Counted from the stretch's first letter, positions 43,201-54,272 are shown. The stretch is 64,000 nucleotides of DNA from an uncultured virus (IMG/VR IMGVR_UViG_2061766007_000514) (IMGVR_UViG_2061766007_000514); one strand, 5' to 3'. Program-made: numbers and translations. Notes: a model not told the origin generated them from the sequence alone.

Positions 43201-45448
43201 AGTTTGAGAATATTTTTCGTATATTACTAATCCAGTCGGAAAGTGTCTTCCAACTCATGTCACTAGTTAAATTCTTTACATATTCCCAACCTATTTTCAA
43301 ATAATCAATAAAAGTACCAAATGCGCTAATAACAGTATCTAATATATTTACAAGATCTAATTTACTAATTGCATCTAAAGCTACAATTATACCGTCGGCA
43401 ATCCAATCAGCAACCTTAGATAATGCGTTTCCAATCTTCTCTAATACAGCTTGTGCCTTCTCACTACCAGTAAAACCTTCCCACATATCTGAGATATGTT
43501 GACGAACTCTCTTAAATTCATCGCGAAGATGTTCTATGGCTGTTTGGAATGACGTAATTATTTTTAATCCTTTGCTTTCGCCAAAGATCTTAGTAAGTAT
43601 CACTTCCAACGGCTTTGCATTAGAAAACGACTCTAAAAATGACCGGCCTAACCTATCTACTTTGCCTAAAAGTTTACCAAACCATTTAAAGCCCTTACCA
43701 GCTAAATCAACTACCCATCTAATTGGTTTTATTAAACCAGTTAATATGCTTTGCAGACCAGCTGCTTGCTCATCAGTAAGTTTTAAGCCTTCAGTAAAAT
43801 TTTTAAGTTTTTCTGTAAAATTATAAATTTGCTCAGCTGTGATTGGAGGAAATACGGTTCGAATTGCCTCTCTAAATATTGATATGATACCAACTGCCTG
43901 CTTTGTCTCTTCATTGACAGCAAATAAGGCATCCCAAATATTCCAAAATGCAGTGACTAAGTTTTCTCGCCCAGAAACTCGCTGAAGTAATTTAACATAT
44001 TCCTGAACACTAATTTCACCATTTGCTAAGGCACGAACATAGGATTGCATACTGCTTATTTGATCATCAGTATATCCTTTTGCTTTCAAGGTCGCCGCAT
44101 CGTATCGAATCGCTGCATCAGCTGAGTCGAGAAGTGCTTGCGTCAAAACTTCGGCATTGACCCAACCAAGCTTTAACGATTCATCGAAATCTTCATCAAT
44201 TGCTGCTTGAAGTGCATCGTCTAATTTCCCTGTCGCCTTAGCAGCATCTATTAAGTACATCTTAAATAGATCCATATCAGGGATTCCTTGTTCTTGTAAT
44301 CTCTGAAGACCTGTATTTAATCCATCACTTAATAATGCATTTCGTTTTTCGCCACCAACTACAAACACGGAATAGAATTCTTCTGCTAAATCAGTGAAAA
44401 ACTTTTTAGCTTCTTTATAGTTACCAATAATCAGTTCAAAAGTTTTCATCCAACCAGAACCGACAGCATCCTTGGTATAATCGATAACTTCAGAAAAAGT
44501 CTTAGCTTCCTGAGCAGCTTTGGCAGCTGTCATGCTTACGCCTTTATACTCTGTCGCAAGCTTCTCATACGCATCTGTAGCACTAAGAGCCTGACCGGAC
44601 TTGACCATTTTATATGCAAGCTCCGTGACCTTGCCAAAATAGCCAAAAGCCCGTTCCATAACTTCTGTATCAGCCCACTTATTCTTAAGTGTCTGTGCGA
44701 AGTTTGCAATTGTTACCTCGTCTTTCTTAATCTTACCCATTTCCACAGCAGTATCGATAAATGTCTGCTTTAACTGCTGTGATGCAACACCGGCGAGCTC
44801 AACACTTCGCCAATCCATATAAGTTAAATAACCAGCCCCATAAGACTGATTAAGATTATACATAACCCGTGAGAATTCCGATGCATTCTTACCTGCGTAA
44901 GCCGTAGCATTAGCTACACCTATAACCATCGGAATCAGTTTATCAATATCACCACCAGAGGAAGTCATCTGAGCAATAGCTCTAGTCATATCATTAAACC
45001 CATAGCTAGTCTCATCAGAGAACCACATGAGTTTATTCAGATATTCATTTACTGCTTCAATAGACTTGCCAGTAGCATTCATGATAGTCTGAACCGAATC
45101 AGTCTTATCCTGAAGTTTCTGCCATCCAGCGGCAATATTATCAACGCTTAAAGATTTTACCAATTTAACGCCAGCACTCGTCGCAGCATCAACAATATTA
45201 TAANNNNNNNNNNNNNNNNNNNNNNNNNNNNNNNNNNNNNNNNNNNNNNNNNNNNNNNNCTCTTCCATTTTTTGCATGGAAAACTTTGAAGCCTCTTTAT
45301 TTACTTCTTTGATTCCCTTTGCAGCACCTTCAAATTTCAGGTTCTTTTTGAATTCCTTCAAGGTCTTCATGGAAGTAGATACGTTTTTCTCAAAGTTCTT
45401 ATTATCGAACTTCATTTCTACTACTCTCTGGTCAACTTCAACGCCCAT
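37238..45448 (-). CDS. tape measure protein (~2700 aa)
   Basis: Three ORF pieces joined at N gaps; RVVEMKFDN N-terminus, tape-measure domain, TM-rich centre, SPSKV repeats. Confidence 0.85.
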
Positions 45449-45826
45449 TTATCCACGGACCTCCTTCCACATATCTCTAGCCATTTCATCAAATATTGGC
45501 TGCAAAGATGGATTAATATAATCACGGCCCTGAACGTACCCGCCATTTCGTGTACCATGGCCGTATTGTAAAATAATTGCGATAGGAACGCCTTTAACCA
45601 CGTTCGAATTCTTCCAAATAACACGTACAGCTTCTTTTGATTGTATTACTTCATAGCTCCATGACTCAGCTGTTTTACCTGTATCGCGAGGAGTATTTGC
45701 TTTCAGAGCTGCGACTCCCATTTCGCCATACTTATCAAAATTAAAATGGTTAAGCGACCTATCAGCTCTTTTAAGAAATCGTTCAGTTTTCAGGAAGTCA
45801 CCATGCTGACGAAATATAATACTCAT
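45449..45826 (-). CDS. HK97 gp10-like tail completion protein
   Basis: TPRDTGKTAESW, QYGHGT, DYINP. Confidence 0.7.
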   Translation of the reverse strand: MSIIFRQHGDFLKTERFLKRADRSLNHFNFDKYGEMGVAALKANTPRDTGKTAESWSYEVIQSKEAVRVIWKNSNVVKGVPIAIILQYGHGTRNGGYVQGRDYINPSLQPIFDEMARDMWKEVRG

Positions 45827-46362
45827 CCCATGCTTCCTCTCGCTCTTCTACGCTGTGCATTTAATGCAGCATTCTGATTCATCGTAGCCTTTTTAGACAT
45901 CTTCTTCGATGGTGCATTCTTAGTTTCACATACACGGATTAAAGTAAGAAGACGATTAAGATGCCATTTCTGGCATTCAAATGGAATACCGCAAGCTATC
46001 ATCCAATAGTAAATAAGCTCATTTGTAATTTTTTTAGACACAGCCGGCTTATTTTTTTGCTCAGTGAACCATGTTGCTGTCATAGAATCGTTAATATAAT
46101 CGTTGATCAATTGTATTGATTTATTATCAATTTGATTGTAAATATCAGGATCTATATTCTGGGAAATGGTCATGCAACGAATATAATCAATCGTTTCTTC
46201 TCGATTACGCTCTGTTCCAAGAAAAGGTTTTTTCCATTTCATTTCCCATTTTGAAACGGAGACGAGAGAATGCTCTAGAACAAGATGACCGCCTTTAGTC
46301 TTAACAAACTCTTCTGTAATTTCATTCCATAATAGGCGCTCTGGTATGTCTAATGTTAACAA
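45823..46362 (-). CDS. tail assembly chaperone-like protein
   Basis: LEHSLVSVSKWE, WHLNRLLTLI; position. Confidence 0.55.
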   Translation of the reverse strand: MLTLDIPERLLWNEITEEFVKTKGGHLVLEHSLVSVSKWEMKWKKPFLGTERNREETIDYIRCMTISQNIDPDIYNQIDNKSIQLINDYINDSMTATWFTEQKNKPAVSKKITNELIYYWMIACGIPFECQKWHLNRLLTLIRVCETKNAPSKKMSKKATMNQNAALNAQRRRARGSMG

Positions 46363-46388
46363 ATCTCTCGCCTCCTTTATTAAACTAC

Positions 46389-46799
46389 TTACATTTCAAT
46401 AAGTTTCGGACTTGCTTTATCCTTTTCTACTTCCTCCCGAAGATTCTCAGGAAGAATTCCAGACACAAACGCAGAAGCTTCAGCCTCATCGGTGACTAAC
46501 TGCATATAGTAGTCAGAATAAGCCTGTGTCTCTTTAAACTCACGAAGAAGCTCAGGGGATTTCATGAATCGTCTACCATCAGGTGCGATAACACCATATG
46601 CATTATCCATAATCAGCTCAAAGTACTCCATAATACGAGGAATATCGCGTTTTGCGATAATTTCCTCAAGAATCTTATCAAGCCCTCCGCTAATAGAATT
46701 ATACATGTTGGTAAGCTCTGCTTTAGTGAGGTTAAAGTAAAAAGTCTCCTCACGCTGATTACCGAGAAAGTCGGTATAAGCAATTTTCTTCTGATACAT
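46389..46799 (-). CDS. tail assembly chaperone
   Basis: YTDF.G..REETFYFNLTKAEL; follows the major tail gene. Confidence 0.65.
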   Translation of the reverse strand: MYQKKIAYTDFLGNQREETFYFNLTKAELTNMYNSISGGLDKILEEIIAKRDIPRIMEYFELIMDNAYGVIAPDGRRFMKSPELLREFKETQAYSDYYMQLVTDEAEASAFVSGILPENLREEVEKDKASPKLIEM

Positions 46800-46878
46800 T
46801 GGTATGCTCTCCTTTCAAATTTAAAAAGGGGACGCCACTCAAAAAAGCAACGTCCCCAATATTTAGAATAAGTTATGC

Positions 46879-47589
46879 TCAGGTCGGCCAGTCGCCATTC
46901 GTGAACAGATAAATGATCTGGTCAGGAGTCGGCAGAGTCGGGCTAGTAGCCTCAGTACCGGAACCAGCATCAGTACCATACAGCTTATCTTCAAGCTTGG
47001 CCAGCTTTGCAGCATCAGCGCTCGCAGTAAGCTTGGTAGCATCGATAACCATCGAGGAAGTCGGCTTATAGCCAGTAACAGCGACAGGAGTCGTAGTCAC
47101 TTCCCAAGAGAAGGTAATCGCATCCGGAGAATCGTTGATCGTCTCATAAGAACGCTCGGACGGAGAAGCAGAAGCACCCCAGATAATATGAATCTTGTAG
47201 CCTTCGGTGCTGTTCAGGTCGGTAACAGAGTCGTTACCAACACCAGTCTTATAGCAGAACCCAAAGACCTTACGGGACTGCTGCCCGATATACACGCCAC
47301 TCGCAATAGCCGCAGAGCCATCACACTCGGCGAACTCGTCCGGATAAGTATAGGCCTCGATCGTAGCACCGAAAGTCTCGGCACTACGGAAGGAAGCATA
47401 CTTCATGTTATCCGCCCACAGATCGGTCGGCTCTGCACCAGACGGACTCTCGGTCACGGTCGTTAAACCGTTCCAAGCAACACCAGTGCCATAGTTACCC
47501 GTAGTCGGGTCCTTAACGTACAGCACACCATTCTTAACACCGGCTTCAAAGTTTCTAGTGCCGGTAGCATCCCAAACAAGTCTAGCCAT
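46879..47589 (-). CDS. major tail protein
   Basis: MARLVWD, GVKNGVLY, AWNGLT, IEAYTYP; strong codon bias; followed by a terminator. Confidence 0.85.
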   Translation of the reverse strand: MARLVWDATGTRNFEAGVKNGVLYVKDPTTGNYGTGVAWNGLTTVTESPSGAEPTDLWADNMKYASFRSAETFGATIEAYTYPDEFAECDGSAAIASGVYIGQQSRKVFGFCYKTGVGNDSVTDLNSTEGYKIHIIWGASASPSERSYETINDSPDAITFSWEVTTTPVAVTGYKPTSSMVIDATKLTASADAAKLAKLEDKLYGTDAGSGTEATSPTLPTPDQIIYLFTNGDWPT

Positions 47590-48578
47590 TTAGGTATCCT
47601 CCTTAAAATATGTGGAATAATCGTAGAACTTATATCCATCTGTTGATGGACGAATACGAATTAATGATGTATTTTGAATTTCTTGTATAACTTCTCTAAC
47701 AGAAGCATGATCATAAGGTAATNNNNNNNNNNNNNNNNNNNNNNNNNNGCGGGGCTCTCTTCATCATGTATAATCGTATATTCAATTCCTGGACGTTTTT
47801 GTACTTGAGACTGCGGCGGATTATAATATACTCGAGTTTCAGACTCGCGATGTACAGCTCTAGGTATAGAATCATCGGAAAACCGAAATGTATCCCAAAC
47901 CCACAAACCTACAGTATCAATAGCATTAACGAGATAAGGACGAATTTCGTTAACAATACCTAATTCAACAAGATCTTCGAAAAGAGGTAATGTTGGTGGT
48001 GTCGTATCAGTTCCATAAAGGACATCCTCAAACACCTTCATTCCATCTCGTCCAATTTTTCGACTATCAAACGTAATACTCGATGCCGGGTACATATTAC
48101 GATACTTTGCCGGAACTGTGAAAAAATCCCAACCATGAACAACCGCATCTGCACCTTCAGCTATTGTCTTATAAGTCACTTCGCCCGGATTCAAATTAAT
48201 TGCATAGATTACATGAAGAATGTAGTCATATTGGTTAATCAATGATCGATAACATAATCCAAAAGATTTACGATGTTGCAGATTGACTTTTAAACCAAAA
48301 GTGGGTTCTTTCCAGCCATTGCACAATGACAATTCTGATGGATAGTCATACACTTCTATACGACCACTAAGCCCTTCCTGAGCCCGAATANNNNNNNNNN
48401 NNNNNNNNGCAAACAGCCTAGAGAGCTCCCCTCCGGTTGGAATCTCAGTAATAGCTCGAATACCATTCCATGCGACACCAGGTGCATAAGTACCGTCAAA
48501 ATTCTGTAAATACAAAACCCCATTAGATACGCCCATATGATAATCGCGCGGAAGAGCATCCCAATTCAGTCTTGCCAT
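47590..48578 (-). CDS. major-tail-protein paralog with C-terminal extension
   Basis: MARLNWD, GVSNGVLY, AWNGI; extra YYNPP segment; end approximate (N gap). Confidence 0.65.
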
Positions 48579-48589
48579 CGTTTCACCTC

Positions 48590-48907
48590 CTACCAATACA
48601 AATCATATACATCATGATTTAGATTGTCGGAAATATAACTACGCGTATGAGCACAGTATGGAATATCGGCAAGTTTTTCTGCAAAACAACTATCAGGATT
48701 CTTATCAATCAAGATCAGAGAATATCTAGTTCTGCGTATATACGACTGGTTATCCGCAAATACCGATGAGTAAGTATTTCGAGAATAAACAATACAAGGA
48801 TATGATAATCGCTTATTCTCAGGAGGTTGAAAATAGACGTTTTCACTCTCCATAATTTGCTCAAGCAATTCCTGCAGTTCAGTCCTCGGTCTCGTTATCG
48901 TCTCCAT
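48590..48907 (-). CDS. tail terminator
   Basis: NVYFQPP..LSYPCIVY, ADN, DNLNHDVY. Confidence 0.7.
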   Translation of the reverse strand: METITRPRTELQELLEQIMESENVYFQPPENKRLSYPCIVYSRNTYSSVFADNQSYIRRTRYSLILIDKNPDSCFAEKLADIPYCAHTRSYISDNLNHDVYDLYW

Positions 48908-49217
48908 TATACAGACCTCCTAATGACAGAATCAGCCGTGGATACTCCACCTCAACATCAGAGATTTTCCACTTGGCTCCCATGTATTCTATCCATCGCA
49001 TTGCATGGAAGTTTTCTCTGGCATAAGGATCGGCTATAATACTAAAACGATTGTTAATATTTACATTATCATTCACCTGGCCAGATGACTCCAAGCGCCG
49101 AGTGTCTCGAATTACTTCAGCATAGCACTTCTTGACCACCTGAACTTCTTCATAAACTCCCGGCGCTGTTTTTTCATATGAGGGAGCATAGCCGATTCGT
49201 GTGAACAATTTGGCCAT
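48879..49217 (-). CDS. head-tail adaptor / head closure protein
   Basis: SIIADPYA, YMGAKWKI, YPRLIL. Confidence 0.7.
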   Translation of the reverse strand: MAKLFTRIGYAPSYEKTAPGVYEEVQVVKKCYAEVIRDTRRLESSGQVNDNVNINNRFSIIADPYARENFHAMRWIEYMGAKWKISDVEVEYPRLILSLGGLYNGDDNETED

Positions 49218-49236
49218 ATTCTCACCTCATTTTGAA

Positions 49237-49644
49237 TTATTCACCCGGTCCGGGTTCTTCGATAGCTTCTTCTTCCTCACATACAAGTTCAGTTAAACTA
49301 TAAGTCTTGGATACGGACTCATACCCAACCTTACTCGCCACGACGGTAATAGTCTGCGAGTCCTTGTCAGCTATACGCAGTACAGCAATACCATCAGCAT
49401 CGAGCGTAACTGGATTCGTAACTTTAACGCTAATCGTTACTCCGCTCACATTCGGCACAGACGAATGAATCACAATATAGTTACCCTTCTGAAGTTCAGG
49501 ATCACCAGAGAATCCAGTGTAATCATCGACATACTTCAGAGTACCAGTAATAGCATTGTCACCAATGATAATTCCACTCTGAAGATCCGTTACAATTTTC
49601 CCGAACAGATCCTCAGAAGTGGAGATGTCTGCGTCAACCGTCAA
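49237..49644 (-). CDS. probable -1 frameshift C-terminal extension of the capsid protein (Ig-like/decoration)
   Basis: No SD/ATG; in the -1 frame after A AAC CCT TAA at the capsid stop. Confidence 0.6.
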   Translation of the reverse strand: MTVDADISTSEDLFGKIVTDLQSGIIIGDNAITGTLKYVDDYTGFSGDPELQKGNYIVIHSSVPNVSGVTISVKVTNPVTLDADGIAVLRIADKDSQTITVVASKVGYESVSKTYSLTELVCEEEEAIEEPGPGE

Positions 49645-49649
49645 GCCGT

Positions 49650-51488
49650 TTAAGGGTTTGAACTAGTGACGTCTTCTTCCAGAACAATAGCAGACTTGAT
49701 GCGAATCAGAGCACCAGAACAACGAGTTTCCAGCAGGCTCTTTTCCTGGTTGAAGTCAATATCGAACTGATTGAAGTGAGTGATCTCGCCACCCTTAGTA
49801 GAACCAACATTATAGTCGTTCATGTCAACAAAGATAGCAAGAAGCTTCTTAGTCGCGGCCTCAGTCGTAGCAGTCGCAGCGATCTCACGGGTCTTGTTAG
49901 CAAACTGCTCAACCTCTTCAATTGCGACAACATTCAGCGCTGCACGCAGCTCATCTTTGGTCTTATACATACGATGACCATCGCGGTCACGAGCCAGGAG
50001 CATGATGTTGATAATATGCGGGTCAGCATACATCGTCAGACGACCGCTTCCCTTATACTGCTCACGCAGATAAAGCGCTTTCTGGATAATAGCCTCAGCA
50101 TAGATGAAGTTCTCACCGAAATACTTCTCAGTGTCATCACCCTGAAGCTCTTCCGCCATCTGCTCAAAGTCCACATCACCGTGAATAGTGAACAGCTCAT
50201 CATCAGTCCAAATCGGGCGGATATGGGACGGGAAGATCTTATCCGGATCATCATCTTCACGCTCATCACCGATAAACATCGCAAGAGCAAGAGTCTCATT
50301 CAGCTGGAGACGATCGATCTTATACTGATATGCAACATAGTCAAAGTCAGTCAGATCAACGATATCATCACGGTTAAGAGTGCTACGAACATACACAGTC
50401 TGCGGATCAGTCGTACGACGAGCCTCACTATACTTACCAGTCAGAGCCTTCGGATGACCCTTAACATAACCCTTAGCCTTCAGAGTATCGATACCGCGAA
50501 TATCAACCTGACGGGTACGAATACGGCTAAACGGGGTCTTGTGGACGCCAGACATAACTCTGGTAACCCAACCCTGGTCATAAGTGATCAGCTCAGGCTC
50601 ACCAGGACGAACATCCTTAAACTCAGGGAACAGCAGTGCCAGACTCTCGTCGGTAAAACCAGCAACCGGAGCCACGTCGTCCTCATCATCATGCTGCAGA
50701 TAATTCTCAGTATAAGTCTTGAAAGCTTCTCTAAACGAACCACAGCGCTTGGCATCGGTCAGAATCTTCTCCTGATCGGCATGGCAAATAACATTCCCAG
50801 ACTGACGCTCATCAGTCTCAAATACATTGTGCTTCACGTTTTCTTCCTCCTCATTTTCATCAACGCCAGACTCTTCAAGTGCCTGACCAATAAGAGCATA
50901 CATAACAGTCTTCTGCTCTTCATTCATAGAATCGATAACATCTTTGACAGTCTTTTCGCTGTCATTCTTCTTTTCGTCGGCCACTTCAGGCTCCTCCTCT
51001 TCTTTTTTCTGTTCTTCGGCATGCTGTAATTCAATTGCAGTTTCATTGACATAACCGAATACGCATTCATCTACTTCCTCGCCCTCACCATGAGCCATGA
51101 CCTCTTCGATATAAGCTCCAGGATTTGCGCCAGCTAAAACAAGACTCACTTCACGAATCATACCATGAAGTACATCACTGCCTTTCTGCTGTAAGCGATT
51201 AGCATAGATAGACAATCCAGTCACATCACCATGCTGTACAAGAATTTTACCGGCCTGACCAGCTTCAGTGTCATTGAACGATGCATAAGCATATACGCCA
51301 TCTACTCGGTTTTCGAGCAGTGCATGCCCAAGAACATTCATCGGATCACTGTGATCATGATTCCACACCAGAGGAACCGTCTTACCATCACAATCCTTAA
51401 ATGCATCCTTCCGGATAACACGACCGTCAGCGCATTTAAGGTCATTGCGAGTGGCATAACCGGCAAAGTCGCAGTTTTTGCTACTCAT
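49650..51488 (-). CDS. prohead protease - scaffold - major capsid fusion
   Basis: HK97-type protease (VPLVWNH, LSIYA, EVSLVLAGANPGA), acidic linker, capsid domain; likely start MSSKNCDF after SD GGAGG. Confidence 0.85.
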   Translation of the reverse strand: MSSKNCDFAGYATRNDLKCADGRVIRKDAFKDCDGKTVPLVWNHDHSDPMNVLGHALLENRVDGVYAYASFNDTEAGQAGKILVQHGDVTGLSIYANRLQQKGSDVLHGMIREVSLVLAGANPGAYIEEVMAHGEGEEVDECVFGYVNETAIELQHAEEQKKEEEEPEVADEKKNDSEKTVKDVIDSMNEEQKTVMYALIGQALEESGVDENEEEENVKHNVFETDERQSGNVICHADQEKILTDAKRCGSFREAFKTYTENYLQHDDEDDVAPVAGFTDESLALLFPEFKDVRPGEPELITYDQGWVTRVMSGVHKTPFSRIRTRQVDIRGIDTLKAKGYVKGHPKALTGKYSEARRTTDPQTVYVRSTLNRDDIVDLTDFDYVAYQYKIDRLQLNETLALAMFIGDEREDDDPDKIFPSHIRPIWTDDELFTIHGDVDFEQMAEELQGDDTEKYFGENFIYAEAIIQKALYLREQYKGSGRLTMYADPHIINIMLLARDRDGHRMYKTKDELRAALNVVAIEEVEQFANKTREIAATATTEAATKKLLAIFVDMNDYNVGSTKGGEITHFNQFDIDFNQEKSLLETRCSGALIRIKSAIVLEEDVTSSNP

Positions 51489-52719
51489 TTTGATTTTTAT
51501 CCTCCTCTTCTTCGCTCGTCCGGTCATTTGATTTATCCGGATCGGGGTCTGGCATATTACTATTACGAAGTTCATCCGCCCTTGGATCATCCGACGGTTT
51601 CAAACCAATAATCTGACGGAACTCATTACTGGACATAATTTCATTACGCGTCATCTTATCTGCAATTTCTGCCAGAGTATTAACTGGGACAAGTTTGAAT
51701 GGATCACGGAAGAACATTATATCCTGTCCACGAGTTCGAGCCGCCTGAGATAAGAATTTTCTCTTCATTTCATCACAGATTGCAGAAATGATCGGCTCTA
51801 TCGTTCTAGTATAATAGTTCATCATAGCTTCATCGGTTGCAGTACCATCCATGATCGCCTGTGTAATACCTAACTGGCTGTAAAGCATACTCGTAAGATA
51901 CTCCACTTGACTCATTAATGTATTATCTACAGCACGATTAAGCTGTGTGATCTTTTCAGTCCCATCTGTATAAGCGATTCCATACTTGGATCCGCTTAAC
52001 TGCCGTTCGATGTCCTTACGTCGTTCTTCAGCCTGATCTCGTTTGGTCTGAGTCTTAACAACATAAGGCAATTGAATAATCAGATCCAGTTTCCCAGAAC
52101 TATTATTCTCATCAAGAATATCTAAAAGATTAAGTTTACGAATTAATCGCTGCATCGTCGAGTTCGGCTCATTCATTACTGAATAAAACGGATTCTCAAT
52201 GATTGCACACATAGTTTTTGGAAGTGTTAAATCCTGTTTGCGTCCGGTTTTTTCATTGTATACACGCACCATAACATGCTCTGGATACCAATTAACTATC
52301 TTTGCTGTTCGCATTGATAAAATATCATAAGCTCCAGGTGAAATGTCCTTGTCTACATCTGTATCTGTATCAACCGGNNNNNNNNNNNNNNNNNNNNNNN
52401 NNNNNNNNNNNNNACGGCCAGTCTGATCAAGATTAGCAGAAAAACTCAGGCAGTCATTTAAACCAGAATTAATAATTTCTTTAAATCTTCCATTATCATC
52501 TATACGTACATGATGAACAGCTATAGAGGCAGCATCTGTAGCAATTCGATTATATACAGAAGTTACGATAGTCCGCTCTGTCCCTCGAGATAAGCGAATA
52601 CGATCTGGACGATAGTAACTTCCACTAATATAAGTAGGTTTACCGATAGTTTCGGTAGGACTTCTACTTCGGAAAACATTCCAAGCATTACGAAGCCTGG
52701 AAATAAGAGAAGTTTCCAT
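51481..52719 (-). CDS. portal protein
   Basis: VYNRIATD, GKLDLIIQLPY, RNEIMSSNEFR; between terminase and capsid. Confidence 0.85.
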   Translation of the reverse strand: METSLISRLRNAWNVFRSRSPTETIGKPTYISGSYYRPDRIRLSRGTERTIVTSVYNRIATDAASIAVHHVRIDDNGRFKEIINSGLNDCLSFSANLDQTGRXXXXXXXXXXXXPVDTDTDVDKDISPGAYDILSMRTAKIVNWYPEHVMVRVYNEKTGRKQDLTLPKTMCAIIENPFYSVMNEPNSTMQRLIRKLNLLDILDENNSSGKLDLIIQLPYVVKTQTKRDQAEERRKDIERQLSGSKYGIAYTDGTEKITQLNRAVDNTLMSQVEYLTSMLYSQLGITQAIMDGTATDEAMMNYYTRTIEPIISAICDEMKRKFLSQAARTRGQDIMFFRDPFKLVPVNTLAEIADKMTRNEIMSSNEFRQIIGLKPSDDPRADELRNSNMPDPDPDKSNDRTSEEEEDKNQNE

Positions 52720-52754
52720 ATATAATCTCCCAAATTTGAAGGAGGTAACCCAGA

Positions 52755-53063
52755 TTATTCAGTGTATTTCTTTAAATACCACTGGATTCTAGCTGCTCTC
52801 TCCATATGTGCTTCATGTAAATAATCGTAGAATGCCTGCATAGCAGGAGGAGGATCTCCTTCTGTTTCACGATATGCTTTAATAAGTTTTACAATGGCGT
52901 TATGAAGATCATCCATATGGCCCATTTCATCTTTTGCATGTTTGTAAAACATATCAGAAATATCAGGATACTCATCCTTAACTCGAATGGCTTCTTTTAT
53001 ATATTCCTCGGCCCCGTTCAGTTCATCCTCGATCATTGCAGAAATATCTTTGATGATCTTCAT
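52755..53063 (-). CDS. ferritin-like four-helix protein
   Basis: EDEL..AEEY, DEMGH, H..R pattern. Confidence 0.55.
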   Translation of the reverse strand: MKIIKDISAMIEDELNGAEEYIKEAIRVKDEYPDISDMFYKHAKDEMGHMDDLHNAIVKLIKAYRETEGDPPPAMQAFYDYLHEAHMERAARIQWYLKKYTE

Positions 53064-53637
53064 CTGTTAACCTCCTGTGATAAAGGGAGAAGAAGATTAT
53101 ACTCCCTCTCCCACCTTGATTAGCCANNNNNNNNNNNNNNNNNTACTTACCCAGCATAGTCAACAGATACTGAGACTGATTATCCGCAGTAATCTGATTC
53201 TGCGCAGCATTAAGAGCAAACTGCGTATCCTGGAGACGATCCTGAAGCATCTGAGTCTTAATAGCGCAGCAACACTGATCCAGATTGTAGCCAAGCTGAG
53301 CAATAGCAGCACCCTGCGTTGCAAAGCCCTGATTAATCGCCTGCGTGATCTGGTTGAAGCCCTGAATAGCGTTCACGCCAAGAGTATCAATCTGGCGAGC
53401 AACTTCATAATTGTTATTAGCACTGGAAAGAAGAATAGCCTGCTGATTCATGCCGCTAGTCTGAGCAGCAATGGCAGCGCTCAGATCTGCCTGAGTAACA
53501 GCATCGCCACGACCGCCCCAAGCACCATTCCCACCGAGAAACAGAAACAGAACGATAAGCCAGATCAGTCCATTACCGCCCATGTTGCCATCACCGAGTG
53601 CAGCCTTGATGTCACTGAGAGAGAAATTAGAATCCAT
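53023..53637 (-). CDS. Gly/Gln-rich membrane protein with CCC motif (spore-coat-like cassette)
   Basis: IWLIVLFLFLGG, LDQCCC; true end lies near the N gap at ~53130. Confidence 0.55.
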   Translation of the reverse strand: MDSNFSLSDIKAALGDGNMGGNGLIWLIVLFLFLGGNGAWGGRGDAVTQADLSAAIAAQTSGMNQQAILLSSANNNYEVARQIDTLGVNAIQGFNQITQAINQGFATQGAAIAQLGYNLDQCCCAIKTQMLQDRLQDTQFALNAAQNQITADNQSQYLLTMLGKXXXXXXXANQGGRGSIIFFSLYHRRLTDEDHQRYFCNDRG

Positions 53638-53696
53638 TGTTACATTGCTCCTTTGTAAAAAATTTAAAACAGCTCAATGAGCTGTTTCATGCAAAA

Positions 53697-53948
53697 TTAT
53701 TTAAGAAAATTCCTGAAACTGTCCACGTTAGCTTGTGCCTGCTGGTATAACTGCTGTTTCTGAGTTTCAGTCATACGCCCAGAGGCACAAAGAGAATCCA
53801 CAATTGCTTTAGGATCTTTTCCTCGCATCATCTTTGCAAATTCAAGGAAGCTCATTCCTTTCGCGCTTCGTGGAACGTTTACTTGCTGTTGCGGTTGTGC
53901 CGCTTGCTTCTGATTCTGAGAACGCAACATCGACATAATCGGGTTCAC
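53697..53948 (-). CDS. Gln/Met-rich small protein
   Basis: DPKAIV..L..SGRMT. Confidence 0.5.
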   Translation of the reverse strand: MNPIMSMLRSQNQKQAAQPQQQVNVPRSAKGMSFLEFAKMMRGKDPKAIVDSLCASGRMTETQKQQLYQQAQANVDSFRNFLK

Positions 53949-54272
53949 GGTGCCTCTTCATCTCCTCTTCCAATTTTGCAATCCGCTCCTCAAGAGTAGC
54001 AACTCGTCTAGTCTCCTCATCTTCATGAATGGAAATATCTAAACCGGTGATTGTCTTGTAGCCAGCATCATCGGTCTTAACATACCAAATAATCGGATCT
54101 GTTTCGTCCATGAGTAAGATCTCACTTGCTTTCGGCATGTCATAAGCATTTGCACCGGCTCNNNNNNNNNNNNNNNNNNNNNNNNNNNNNNNNNNNNNTA
54201 CTGCATAAATGGATTATTTGAAGAACCCATAGAATTATTCTGCAGCATCTGTAACCAAGGATTGTTTACCAT
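53842..54272 (-). CDS. Asn/Gln-rich hypothetical protein (joined across N gap)
   Basis: MVNNPW... then AGANAYDMPKASEILLMDE...KTDDAG. Confidence 0.5.

Noticed and set aside
321..45448. Apparent frameshifts or pseudogenes in RNAP, DUF2828, replicase, tail fibre and tape measure
   Set aside because: Every frame change coincides with an N run of uncertain length, and the flanking frames are open
46362..46420. Classic tail-chaperone G/GT frameshift
   Set aside because: No convincing slippery heptamer, and the downstream ORF has its own SD (GGAGG) before TTG
49776..51029. 417-aa + strand ORF (also 38501-39373 and other antisense ORFs)
   Set aside because: Shadow frames of strongly codon-biased minus-strand genes; no SD or recognisable motifs
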